A stretch of DNA of 64,000 bases from an uncultured Lewinella sp. (GCA_937873655.1 CALMYQ010000096.1:26439-90438); one strand, 5' to 3'. Counted from the first letter of the stretch, positions 28,540-36,903 are shown. The notes: a model not told the origin generated them from the sequence alone. Translations and numbers: made by a program.

Positions 28540-29906
28540 TTGAGGGTAGCGACGGTGCCTTCACTGGGCAGGCTGGTCAGTGTGAAATCGGCATTGATGA
28601 ACGTGCAGGCCTTTTTTACGATGGACAGGCCGAGGCCGTTGCCGGGTATGCGCTTGTGTTTCAGGGCCTCGGAGCGGAAGAACGGCGTAAAAACGGAGGG
28701 AATGTCTTCCTGCCGTATGCCGACGCCGTGGTCTGTGATTTCACAAAAAATTTCGCCTTCCTTTTTGAACACCCTGACCTGAATGGAGGAATCGTCGAAG
28801 GAATATTTGATGGCGTTGGAAATGACATTATCCAGGATCAGGTCGATATAATAAGGATCGGATTCCACTTCCGCTTCGCCGCTGTCGTCGATATTGATCT
28901 GCAGATTTTTGCGGATGATCTCCGGTTCGTACCGCTGCAGGATGTCGTCAAGCAAGGGGACCAGCTGGATGGATTGCCGGTTGAGGCGGTCGGGTGTCTT
29001 GTCAAACCGGGCCAGCATCAGCAATTGGTCAATGGTATTGGACATGCGGTCGATCTCGGTCAGGGCGTAGGTGATCTTTTCCCGGTATTCGGCCTCCGTC
29101 CTGGGTTTCCGGATCAGGACCTCCATCGTGCCCTTGATGACGGAGAGCGGGGTGCGCAATTCATGAGAAGCGTCCGACGTGAATTGGCGCTCGCGTTCGA
29201 TGGCCTTCCCGATCCGTTCCAGCAATTCGTTGATGGAAGAGGCCAGCGTATACAGTTCGTCCTTCATTTTGGGGAGTTCGATCCGTTCGTTGAGGTTGTT
29301 CCGGGTGATCCGGTCGGCCGTGGCGGTGATCCGTGCGACCGGAGCGATGCTCTTCCCGGCCAGCAGGCGGGTGATGAAGAACAGGCTCAACAGGACGAGC
29401 GGGAACAAGGCCAGCAGGATATTCCGCAACTTCCCGATCACCATTTTGGAATCCTCCAGCGACATGGCAGCGAGCACGTATCCCCGCGTTTGCCCTTCGA
29501 AAATCAGCGGCAATTGCAACTGGCGAATGGCCTTTCCGTTGAGCATGGTATTGAAATGGTCCCCGTCCGGATCTTCCGGGTTGAATTTGAGGGCTTGCTC
29601 CTTCAAATTGGGCGACTTGTCCATCAGGTTCCCATCGGCATCAATGATCTGGATGAAAACAGGAATAACGTCCGCCTCGCGGTGTTCGCGTTCTTCCAGT
29701 TCGGCCTTGTTCAGGAAATGAATGCTGTCCCGGGTGAAGGTTAGCCCGTGCGAATGCTTGATCGCTTCATAGGAAACGGCGCGATCCAGGTTTTGGTAAA
29801 CAGTCGTCAGCACCACGGCATAAATAACCAGGAAGACCAGCGAAATGGTCACTGCCGACGCTATGAGAAAGTTTAGCGCAATCCTGTTTTTATAGCTTAA
29901 ATTCAT
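28533..29906 (-). CDS. Sensor histidine kinase (2 TM, HAMP, HisKA, HATPase_c), CusS/CzcS-like
   Basis: H-box FTSDASHELRTPLSVIKG, N-box LDNVISNAIKY, G-boxes DHGVGI and GNGLGLSIVKK. Lies downstream of the OmpR-type regulator. Confidence 0.9.
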   Translation of the reverse strand: MNLSYKNRIALNFLIASAVTISLVFLVIYAVVLTTVYQNLDRAVSYEAIKHSHGLTFTRDSIHFLNKAELEEREHREADVIPVFIQIIDADGNLMDKSPNLKEQALKFNPEDPDGDHFNTMLNGKAIRQLQLPLIFEGQTRGYVLAAMSLEDSKMVIGKLRNILLALFPLVLLSLFFITRLLAGKSIAPVARITATADRITRNNLNERIELPKMKDELYTLASSINELLERIGKAIERERQFTSDASHELRTPLSVIKGTMEVLIRKPRTEAEYREKITYALTEIDRMSNTIDQLLMLARFDKTPDRLNRQSIQLVPLLDDILQRYEPEIIRKNLQINIDDSGEAEVESDPYYIDLILDNVISNAIKYSFDDSSIQVRVFKKEGEIFCEITDHGVGIRQEDIPSVFTPFFRSEALKHKRIPGNGLGLSIVKKACTFINADFTLTSLPSEGTVATLKF

Positions 29907-29937
29907 TGCATTAATTTCCTGCTTACAAAATCCCCTC

Positions 29938-30603
29938 TCACCCTCTCACAACATACCCCACTCCCCGCACCGTCTGAATATAATCCTCATCCCCCTGCAG
30001 GTCCAGTTTCTTGCGGATGGCATTGATGTACACGTCAATAATGCCCGTATTGTATTGGAAATGGATATCCCAGACGCTTTCGATGATGCGGGTACGGCGG
30101 CAGACCTTGCCCTTGTTGCGCATCAGGTATTCCAGCAGGGCAAATTCCTTTTGGGTCAGGTGCACCTGCTTTCCGTTTTTGAAGACCTGGTGCAGCGTGG
30201 TATCCAGCGTGATGTTGCCCAGGGTGAATTGTTCGTGTTCACCCGATTTGGGGCGCAACTGCACCCGGATGCGTTCCAGCAGTTCATCGAAATGGAAGGG
30301 TTTCTTGATATAGTCGTTGGCGCCGGCCTGCAAGCCGAAGATCGTTTCCTGGACGGTATCCTTGGCGGTTAAGAAAATAACGGGTGTGTCGGCAAAGGAT
30401 TTCCTGAACTGCCGGCAGACCTCAATGCCGCTGACGCCGGGCAGCATCCAGTCGAGCAGCAGCAGGTCGTATTCGCCGGTCAGGGCCATATCCAGCCCCT
30501 GGTTGCCGTCTTCCGCCACGTCTACGGCAAAGGATTCTTCCTCCAGTCCCTGCTTCAGGAATTGGGCAATGCCGGGTTCGTCTTCCACCACCAGAATTCT
30601 CAT
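29938..30603 (-). CDS. OmpR/PhoB-family response regulator (receiver plus winged-helix), CusR/CzcR-like
   Basis: MRILVVEDEPGIAQFL...LLLLDWMLPG (phospho-acceptor Asp), C-terminal trans_reg_C LTQKEFALLEYLMRNKGKV...IQTVRGVGY. Confidence 0.9.
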   Translation of the reverse strand: MRILVVEDEPGIAQFLKQGLEEESFAVDVAEDGNQGLDMALTGEYDLLLLDWMLPGVSGIEVCRQFRKSFADTPVIFLTAKDTVQETIFGLQAGANDYIKKPFHFDELLERIRVQLRPKSGEHEQFTLGNITLDTTLHQVFKNGKQVHLTQKEFALLEYLMRNKGKVCRRTRIIESVWDIHFQYNTGIIDVYINAIRKKLDLQGDEDYIQTVRGVGYVVRG

Positions 30604-30647
30604 GGTACAAAAGTCGGCATTATTCCTTAAACGCGGATTAGGGGATT

Positions 30648-30666
30648 CTTAAGATTGGCTTAAGAT
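30648..30666 (-). promoter_or_regulatory. CTTAAG direct-repeat box upstream of the response regulator-kinase operon
   Basis: Plus strand CTTAAGATTGGCTTAAGAT, 44 nt upstream of the ATG at 30603. Same orientation relative to the downstream gene as the box at 28521. Confidence 0.4.
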
Positions 30667-30669
30667 GGG

Positions 30670-30738
30670 GAGGATTCGAAAATGCGAGGATTTGAGGATG
30701 CGAACCGAATCTTCAAATCCTCTAATGCTCGCATCCTC
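30670..30738. repeat. GAGGATTT-type word hairpin containing the stop codon of the DUF3999 gene
   Basis: Left arm GAGGATTCGAAAATGCGAGGATTTGAGGATGCG, loop AACC, right arm GAATCTTCAAATCCTCTAATGCTCGCATCCTC. The stop codon is at 30738-30740. Confidence 0.85.
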
Positions 30739-31913
30739 TACCCTTCCCCCCCCTTCCTCATCATCCGTACCGTAAACCACCCCAGCGCCAGGATCACCAC
30801 GCCCATAATGCCCCACAGCCAGTTCTTGTTGGCAAACAGCGGTTGGCGGGCGGCGGCTTCTTCCTGACGGATGTCCTCTTCGGGCCCCAGGGACAGGGAA
30901 GTGAGTTTCGCAGGGATATTGTCCTCAAAGCGGTCGATGTCGTACAAGGGCTTTACGGCATTTTGGCGCCCGTAGGCCAGGAAATAGTCGGCCGGCGTCG
31001 TAAACCGCAGGGTGAGGGTATGTTCGTAGCCCTTCAGTTCCATTTTCCCGAAATTCAACGGCATATTGTCATCGTTGTACACTACGATCCGCCATTGCCG
31101 GGAGATGGCGCCTTCGAACCGGAATTCCCGCTTTTCGAGCGAGCTCAGGGTACCGGTCGACAAGGTGGCAAAGCGATAGCGCCACCCGTTCTGGGTTTCC
31201 ACGCTGTCCCTCAGGTATTGGATGGACAAGGGGCGGTAAAAATCAAAGGTATCCGCCACATTGATCCGCAGAAAAGCGGCGGGCAAGGGCATTTTCAGGA
31301 ACAGGTCAATGACCGTTTGTTTTTCATCCTTGTCCTCCTCAATATGCGTGGAGTCAACGGCATAAGTACGGTAACTGCCCTCTACGACGGATTGTTCCCA
31401 TATCCTGGCCGTTTCCAGTTCGGGGTCGGTGTCCGTATGGACCGTAAGCCGGACGTAAGCGTATTTGGCGTCCTTGAATTTCACGCGGGTGAACCGGTAA
31501 TCGGTTATGTCATTCTCGATGGCCAGTATCCGGTAATCCTTGACGATGGTAAACCACTCCTTCTGGTCCTGGCTGCCTTCGAGGGTAATGCGCCAGTCGA
31601 AATTTTCCCGGTCAAAGTCGAATTCGATGGTATTGATGATGCTGTCGGCCGGCACTTCAAAGGTATAATAGAACCCCTGGTCGTTGGACGTCTGGTTGAT
31701 CAGGTTGAAGGGGACCTCCGTTTCCACCCGTTCATCCGCGGCCACTTTCAGGATATACGGCGCCTCGAGCGTGTCCCTGGCAGGCGTAATCCCGAACACC
31801 CGGATATCGGACAGGTCGGGCGAGAGCTTGCCGAATATTTCGTCGGGCAAAGCCAGCTTGTGCCATTGGTTTTTGATGCCTTGCAAGGGGCGCTTGTAGT
31901 GGTACTGATCCAT
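30738..31913 (-). CDS. DUF3999 family protein; N-terminus unresolved
   Basis: The body (MDQYHYKRPLQGIKNQWHKLALPDEIF ... C-terminal TM WLWGIMGVVILALGWFTV) fits DUF3999, the usual neighbour of DUF2339. The coordinates use the ATG at 31913. A signal-like ILLPFLLLPLLAGAQ lies immediately upstream with no ATG/GTG/TTG. The next in-frame ATG is at 32186. The listed 600-aa ORF (TTG at 32540) reads through repeat arrays. Confidence 0.6.
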   Translation of the reverse strand: MDQYHYKRPLQGIKNQWHKLALPDEIFGKLSPDLSDIRVFGITPARDTLEAPYILKVAADERVETEVPFNLINQTSNDQGFYYTFEVPADSIINTIEFDFDRENFDWRITLEGSQDQKEWFTIVKDYRILAIENDITDYRFTRVKFKDAKYAYVRLTVHTDTDPELETARIWEQSVVEGSYRTYAVDSTHIEEDKDEKQTVIDLFLKMPLPAAFLRINVADTFDFYRPLSIQYLRDSVETQNGWRYRFATLSTGTLSSLEKREFRFEGAISRQWRIVVYNDDNMPLNFGKMELKGYEHTLTLRFTTPADYFLAYGRQNAVKPLYDIDRFEDNIPAKLTSLSLGPEEDIRQEEAAARQPLFANKNWLWGIMGVVILALGWFTVRMMRKGGEG

Positions 31914-31952
31914 TTGGGCGCCTGCCAGAAGGGGGAGGAGGAGGAAGGGGAG

Positions 31953-32038
31953 GAGGATTTGAGGATTTGAGGATTTGAGGATTTGAGGATGCGAGGATTT
32001 GAGGATTTGTTGATTTGTTGATGTGTTGATGTGTTGAT
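31953..32038. repeat. Octamer array GAGGATTT x about 7 grading into GTTGATKT x about 4
   Basis: GAGGATTTGAGGATTTGAGGATTTGAGGATTTGAGGATGCGAGGATTTGAGGATTTGTTGATTTGTTGATGTGTTGATGTGTTGAT. It lies directly 5' of the DUF3999 coding body on the minus strand. Confidence 0.9.
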
Positions 32039-32246
32039 ATGGCCTGCCGTGCGGCACCAGGGGTTGGCGCGAAAGGTCAGCAATTCTTTTAGACCGTCCG
32101 GAGTGAAACCGTTTGGAGTTTTGTGTCAACAGGATTTTTATCCCGCACAATATGTTGAAAATCAATTTTTTATACCTTTGCGCCATTGCGAGACCCCCCC
32201 TTTTTTGAACATGCTCAGCTCTTCCTGCCAATCGGCTGCTGGCTAT

Positions 32247-32455
32247 CGAAACGCCACTTACGACTTTCGACTTACGACTTATGACTCCCCCCTGACCACT
32301 GACCACTGACAACTGACAACTGCCAATTGGCGAAACGCCACTTACGACTTTCGACTTATGACTTACGACTCCCCCCTGACCACTGACCACTGACAACTGA
32401 CAACTGCCAATTGGCGAAACGCCACTTACGACTTTCGGCTTATGACTTACGACTC
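32247..32455. repeat. Tandem repeat, unit 84 bp (12 heptamers), 2.5 copies
   Basis: Units start at 32247, 32331 and 32415. Each unit parses entirely into 7-mers: CGAAACG CCACTTA CGACTTT CGACTTA CGACTTA TGACTCC CCCCTGA CCACTGA CCACTGA CAACTGA CAACTGC CAATTGG. It ends 6 nt before the DUF2339 stop codon (32461). Confidence 0.9.
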
Positions 32456-32460
32456 CATAT

Positions 32461-34842
32461 CTAGGCTTCATCAAATATCGTGTTCTTATATTTATTGTAA
32501 AGGAACGAAATGACCAGCAATAAAACGCCGAGCGACACAAAAATGATCGTTTTGCCGATCGTGCTCAAATGGGCGATGTCGTACAGGAAGAGCTTGAGCA
32601 ATGTGATGCCGAACAGAGCGATCGCTGTAATGCGCAAATAGCCCTTGCGCCGCCAGATACCCAGCACGATCAGCAGGAGGGAATAAATGCCCCACAGGAT
32701 GCTCAGCCCCAGTTTGTAGGACTGGCCGGGATCCGCGATATCCATCCAGTGTATCCATTCGCTGCTGGCGACCCACAACAGGGTCAGGTGAAGCACTATC
32801 TCGAACGGGACCTTCAGGTTGGCGTTGATGAGCGTACGGTTCCGGATATAGCGGCCGGTGGCAAACAGCAGTCCCGCAAGAAAAGCCAGCGAGACGTAAC
32901 GGATATAGAGATTCCAGCTCCCGGCGCTGAAATATTCGGATTGCGAAGGCGTCAGGTAACTCTCCCGCAACAGGCTCAGGGCATACAACCCGCCCACAAG
33001 GAAGGACAGGATCGTCAGCGCGCTGACCACCAAATTGACAGCCGCCAGGATGCGGCTCCTGAGCCACCCCAGGTTGAGAAAAGACAGGATCGTTAAAAAG
33101 CCCATGGTATAATTCAGCATCCAGATGACCTTGTACTGGAGAAAGTCATTGTTGTAAACAGGATAGGAATAATCGTACGCATCCGGCGGCGACATCACCG
33201 CTGAACCCCAGTACAGGCCATCGAACCAGGCGTTGATCTCCACCTGCCCCGTGAAGTAGAGGGTGAGGAGGAGCATGGTTGCGAGCGCGATGCGCATGGA
33301 GGATTTGAGGATTTGAGGATTCGAAAACGCCATCCTCGTATCCTCCGATCCTCGCATCTTCGAATCTTCCCAACGAATAAAAAAGAAGGAAACGGCCACC
33401 AGGATCCCCGTCAGAAACTGCACATTCCAGAACGGCCTGACAGACTTCATCACAACCTCTTCCGTCTGGTATTGAAATTGGGGATAAAAGGTCATCCAGT
33501 CCTGCACCAGGCTGAAAAAGGCCAGGAACATGAGCGGATAGGACATTTTTTCGTACACCGGTACGTTTCTCGACCGGCCGATCCAGAACAGCAGAGCGGC
33601 CTCGGCAGCCCAGATCAGGGTCACCCAGTTTCCGTCGAGCTGAACGGGGAAAGTGAGGGTGAGGAAAACCAGCACCAGGCCCGAGACCAGGTAGAACAGG
33701 TTGCGGTCGGCCAGTTTGCCGCGGTAAATGACGGCGCTGACGATGAAGTGCACGATCGCGTTGGCCAGGGTGAACAGGCCCAAAAGCTCCGCTCCTTGTT
33801 TCTGCCCGGAAAGGATGGCGTACCCCATTCCGTAAAAGACAAACGAATTGAGCAGCAACGAAGCGATATCGCCGAAATTGAACTGCTCTTTTTGCAGCAA
33901 CTTGTACCCCAGAAAGGTGAGGTAGAATTCGATGAAAAAGACCGCCGCGAAGGTCATGGCCAGGGTGAAGTGTTTGGCGGCGTCGTATTCCAGGTTAAAC
34001 CACGACAGGAAGATCAGCCAGGTCAGCCCGAATGCGGCGTAAAAGGCCACCTTCCAGTTTTTCCGGAAGGCGATGACCAGAATGCCGGCGTTCACGATGG
34101 CCATATACGCAAACAAAAAGGCGTAATTGCCGCTGCCGTCGCTGAGCAGGAAGGGTACCCCGTACGCGCCAACAAGTCCGATCAGAACGATAACCTGTTT
34201 GTTGTAATTCAGTGCGGCCAACGCGGTGAAGACCGTAAAAAAGGCCATCAATCCGAAAGTGAGCGGTTGGGGGATCAGGTCGTAAAAACCGTGAGCCGCA
34301 AACGTGATGAAGTACAGGATGGCCATGGCCCCGCTGAGCAGCACCGCGCTGAAGTTGGGGTATTTCGCTTTCAGCCTGACCGCAAACCCAAACAGCGCCA
34401 ACCCGGCGGCATAGCCAAGGACGATGCGTGTGAGCGGACTAATCAGGTCGTGGTCGATGGCGTATTTCGCGCCGATGGCTACCCCGATCACCAGAATGGC
34501 GATGCCGATGGTAGCGATCAGGTTCTCGCCGATGAATTTCTCGATATTGGACCTGGACCGCGGCGGCCGGACCGGCGGCGGGGGTGGGAGATGCGTTTCG
34601 GGTTTTGGCGGGGCCGGTTGTTCCCACACCTGTTTCGGCAGGGGCGGCGGCTTGGGTACAGCGGGTTCCGCAGGTTTGACGGGTTCCGGTGTGGGTCCTT
34701 GCTGCGCTTCGGGTTGCCCGTAACGCAGGTATTGCACTTCTTTCGAAATGGCGTCGACCTCCCTTGAAAAGGCCTCTTGTTTTTTCAGCAATTCGTCGAG
34801 CTTGTCGAGCAGCTGTTTGATCCGGTCATCGTTTTCTGGCAT
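32461..34842 (-). CDS. DUF2339 family polytopic membrane protein
   Basis: 793 aa. N-terminal coiled-coil (MPENDDRIKQLLDKLDELLKKQEAF), Pro-rich linker, then about 20 hydrophobic helices, which is the standard DUF2339 layout. A DUF3999 gene lies downstream. Confidence 0.8.
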   Translation of the reverse strand: MPENDDRIKQLLDKLDELLKKQEAFSREVDAISKEVQYLRYGQPEAQQGPTPEPVKPAEPAVPKPPPLPKQVWEQPAPPKPETHLPPPPPVRPPRSRSNIEKFIGENLIATIGIAILVIGVAIGAKYAIDHDLISPLTRIVLGYAAGLALFGFAVRLKAKYPNFSAVLLSGAMAILYFITFAAHGFYDLIPQPLTFGLMAFFTVFTALAALNYNKQVIVLIGLVGAYGVPFLLSDGSGNYAFLFAYMAIVNAGILVIAFRKNWKVAFYAAFGLTWLIFLSWFNLEYDAAKHFTLAMTFAAVFFIEFYLTFLGYKLLQKEQFNFGDIASLLLNSFVFYGMGYAILSGQKQGAELLGLFTLANAIVHFIVSAVIYRGKLADRNLFYLVSGLVLVFLTLTFPVQLDGNWVTLIWAAEAALLFWIGRSRNVPVYEKMSYPLMFLAFFSLVQDWMTFYPQFQYQTEEVVMKSVRPFWNVQFLTGILVAVSFFFIRWEDSKMRGSEDTRMAFSNPQILKSSMRIALATMLLLTLYFTGQVEINAWFDGLYWGSAVMSPPDAYDYSYPVYNNDFLQYKVIWMLNYTMGFLTILSFLNLGWLRSRILAAVNLVVSALTILSFLVGGLYALSLLRESYLTPSQSEYFSAGSWNLYIRYVSLAFLAGLLFATGRYIRNRTLINANLKVPFEIVLHLTLLWVASSEWIHWMDIADPGQSYKLGLSILWGIYSLLLIVLGIWRRKGYLRITAIALFGITLLKLFLYDIAHLSTIGKTIIFVSLGVLLLVISFLYNKYKNTIFDEA
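33298..33369. repeat. GAGGATTT-type word hairpin lying in frame inside the DUF2339 coding sequence (24 codons)
   Basis: Plus strand GGAGGATTTGAGGATTTGAGGATTCGAAAACGCCATCCTCGTATCCTCCGATCCTCGCATCTTCGAATCTTC. It is translated on the minus strand as EDSKMRGSEDTRMAFSNPQILKSS, between two hydrophobic helices. Confidence 0.85.
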
Positions 34843-34877
34843 TGGGTTTTGGTTGGTTGGAAATTTTCGGAAAGATA

Positions 34878-34956
34878 GGGAATTTGAGGATTTGAAGATG
34901 CGAGGGTTTGAGGATTTGAGACGCCCGTTTTCAAATCAACACATCAACAAATAAAC
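34878..34956. repeat. GAGGATTT-type array followed by complementary AAATCAAC-type words, upstream of the DUF2339 gene
   Basis: GGGAATTTGAGGATTTGAAGATGCGAGGGTTTGAGGATTTGAG-ACGCCCGTTT-TCAAATCAACACATCAACAAATAAAC. Confidence 0.8.
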
Positions 34957-35012
34957 GAATTAATATTAAAAAAACATTTACTTTTTCTTTTCAAAATCAG
35001 AAAACAATTTTG

Positions 35013-35020
35013 TATATTTG
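35013..35020 (+). promoter_or_regulatory. Candidate -7 box (TAnnTTTG) in the AT-rich divergent region
   Basis: TATATTTG at 35013-35020, 147 nt upstream of the ATG at 35167, so the leader would be long. Confidence 0.25.
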
Positions 35021-35166
35021 TAAGAGACAACGGGCGCATGAAACCGGGTGTTTCACCTGCTGAAAAGCGCCCCGCCGACAACTTTTTTCTGAAGGATCAA
35101 CCCCATTTTCTAAGGACCCAGCGTATCCTATAAACTCTATTTATAACCTTTAAAACATCTTTCCTG

Positions 35167-36807
35167 ATGAGAACAGTTTGTTCAATTCTCTTCCTGACCC
35201 TCCTGTTTGCAGCCGGTTCGCTCTCCGGCCAACGGCTAACCGACAAAAGGGCGCGAATTACCTACGTCTCTCTACCCGAGAAAAAGCTACCGGACGAATT
35301 TACGACTTACTCCGTATCCATTTTCGGCAGCACCATGGTGGGCGCCGGCTACCATGCCGAATCAGCCGGAAAACTGATCAAAATGGACGGCTTCATGCGG
35401 GTCGGCTACTCCACCACTGACGGCGGCGGCCACCTCCGGATTTTTGTCAACACCGGTACCGTGTACATGGGCCGTTCGGAGTTGAAGTCAAAGAAAAACA
35501 CCGTAAAGGACAAAAAAACAGGTAAGGAAACCGTCACCTGGGAGTATTGGTACGAGATCCCTTTCCAGGCGGCGCCGACCTACAACATCTACGACCCGGA
35601 CGGGAATATCCTGGCTTCCGGCGGCGGCAACCGGAGCGAAAACAAGCGGACCCGCGTTTACAGCAACCCGACCGACCTCAACAAGAACTCCGGCCGCCTC
35701 ATTACCGAACTGAGGAAAGACTTTTCCAAAAACGCCACCGACGGGATCATTGCCGAAGTCAACACCACCCTTTCCAGATATTTTGATTTCAACAAAACGT
35801 CTGATAATCCGGAGTTTTACCTCATTGTCAACCACGATACGGAGGATAACTTCAAAAAATATTTCGAACAACTGGACACCGAGTGGAAAGCCCTGGACGC
35901 CGCTACGCCGGCCAGCGAATTAAGATCACAATTCGGCGATGCGCTGGCTTTTTACGAAAAAACGGCCGAAATGGATCCCAAAGGCGACAAAAAGCTATCC
36001 AGGGTCTTTGAAGCCGCCAATTACGACGCCGCCCTGCTGAATTTTTACCTCGACGATTTTGAAAAAGCCGTCAAGTATGCCAACAGGGTGATCGCCCAGG
36101 AAGATGGGAAACACAGGAAATCAGCTGACCTCATCGAGCGGATCCAGAAGGTAAAAGCATTAATGGATCTGCACGGCATCCATACCCTCCACTTCGCACG
36201 GGATCTGACCAATGCCATGGCCCCGTCGGCCCTGAAAGCGCTTGAAAAGGAACAGACCGAGCTCGAGAGCAAGAACAACTTGCTGGACGGCACGATCACC
36301 GTCAACGGAGAAACCGTCTCCGGCACCTTCCTGAGTGAAAAAGAATCCGGCGAGCTGGATTTCAGCCAGAAGGGAAATACCAAATTCAAGGCGCAAATGG
36401 ACGATAAGGAAACGGAATACGACCTGACGGCAAAGGAAGTATCCGCCTTTTCGATCGGCGACCGGAATTTTGTGAAAATGACCTTTTCGCCCAGCGCCAA
36501 AGGCAAATCGGAAGCCGGCACCCATATCCTTGAGGAGATCTATGCTTCCGACAAGATCAACCTGTATAAATATTACCCGTCCAGCGGGGCGTTAAACGAC
36601 GCCAAAACGGAATTTGCGTTCAGGAAAGCCGCAGAGGAAGTCCCGGTATCCTTGTATGACACGCGGTTCCTGATCCTGAAGAAAGGCCTGGCCGACTATT
36701 TCGCCGACTGCGCAGACCTGAAAGCCATGTGCGAAGGCGAAGGCTTTGAGCTCGAACAGGAAAGCCTGCTGAAGGCTGCCAGGATCTATGCGGAGGTTTG
36801 CAAATGA
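35167..36807 (+). CDS. Secreted hypothetical protein (546 aa), no family recognised
   Basis: Signal peptide MRTVCSILFLTLLFAAGSLSGQ. Coding-like composition, with a Lys/Glu/Asp-rich middle. One TPR-like helix pair (AANYDAALLNFYLDDFEKAVKYANRVIAQ). Confidence 0.7.
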   Translation: MRTVCSILFLTLLFAAGSLSGQRLTDKRARITYVSLPEKKLPDEFTTYSVSIFGSTMVGAGYHAESAGKLIKMDGFMRVGYSTTDGGGHLRIFVNTGTVYMGRSELKSKKNTVKDKKTGKETVTWEYWYEIPFQAAPTYNIYDPDGNILASGGGNRSENKRTRVYSNPTDLNKNSGRLITELRKDFSKNATDGIIAEVNTTLSRYFDFNKTSDNPEFYLIVNHDTEDNFKKYFEQLDTEWKALDAATPASELRSQFGDALAFYEKTAEMDPKGDKKLSRVFEAANYDAALLNFYLDDFEKAVKYANRVIAQEDGKHRKSADLIERIQKVKALMDLHGIHTLHFARDLTNAMAPSALKALEKEQTELESKNNLLDGTITVNGETVSGTFLSEKESGELDFSQKGNTKFKAQMDDKETEYDLTAKEVSAFSIGDRNFVKMTFSPSAKGKSEAGTHILEEIYASDKINLYKYYPSSGALNDAKTEFAFRKAAEEVPVSLYDTRFLILKKGLADYFADCADLKAMCEGEGFELEQESLLKAARIYAEVCK

Positions 36808-36903
36808 CCGGAAGGCCATTAGACCAGGCGTTTAAACCTGATTCGCGCCTAAAGACATTCCGAATTTTGGGATTGTCGACTTACCCGGGCCAACGGACGA
36901 AGA

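Noticed and set aside
1101-32455. Possible CRISPR arrays at the tandem repeats 1101-1474, 15273-15467 and 32247-32455.
   Set aside because: The units are directly abutting or separated by other repeats, with no unique spacers. Unit sizes (184, about 51 and 84 bp) and their internal 7-mer structure do not fit CRISPR. I also saw no cas-like ORFs in the window.
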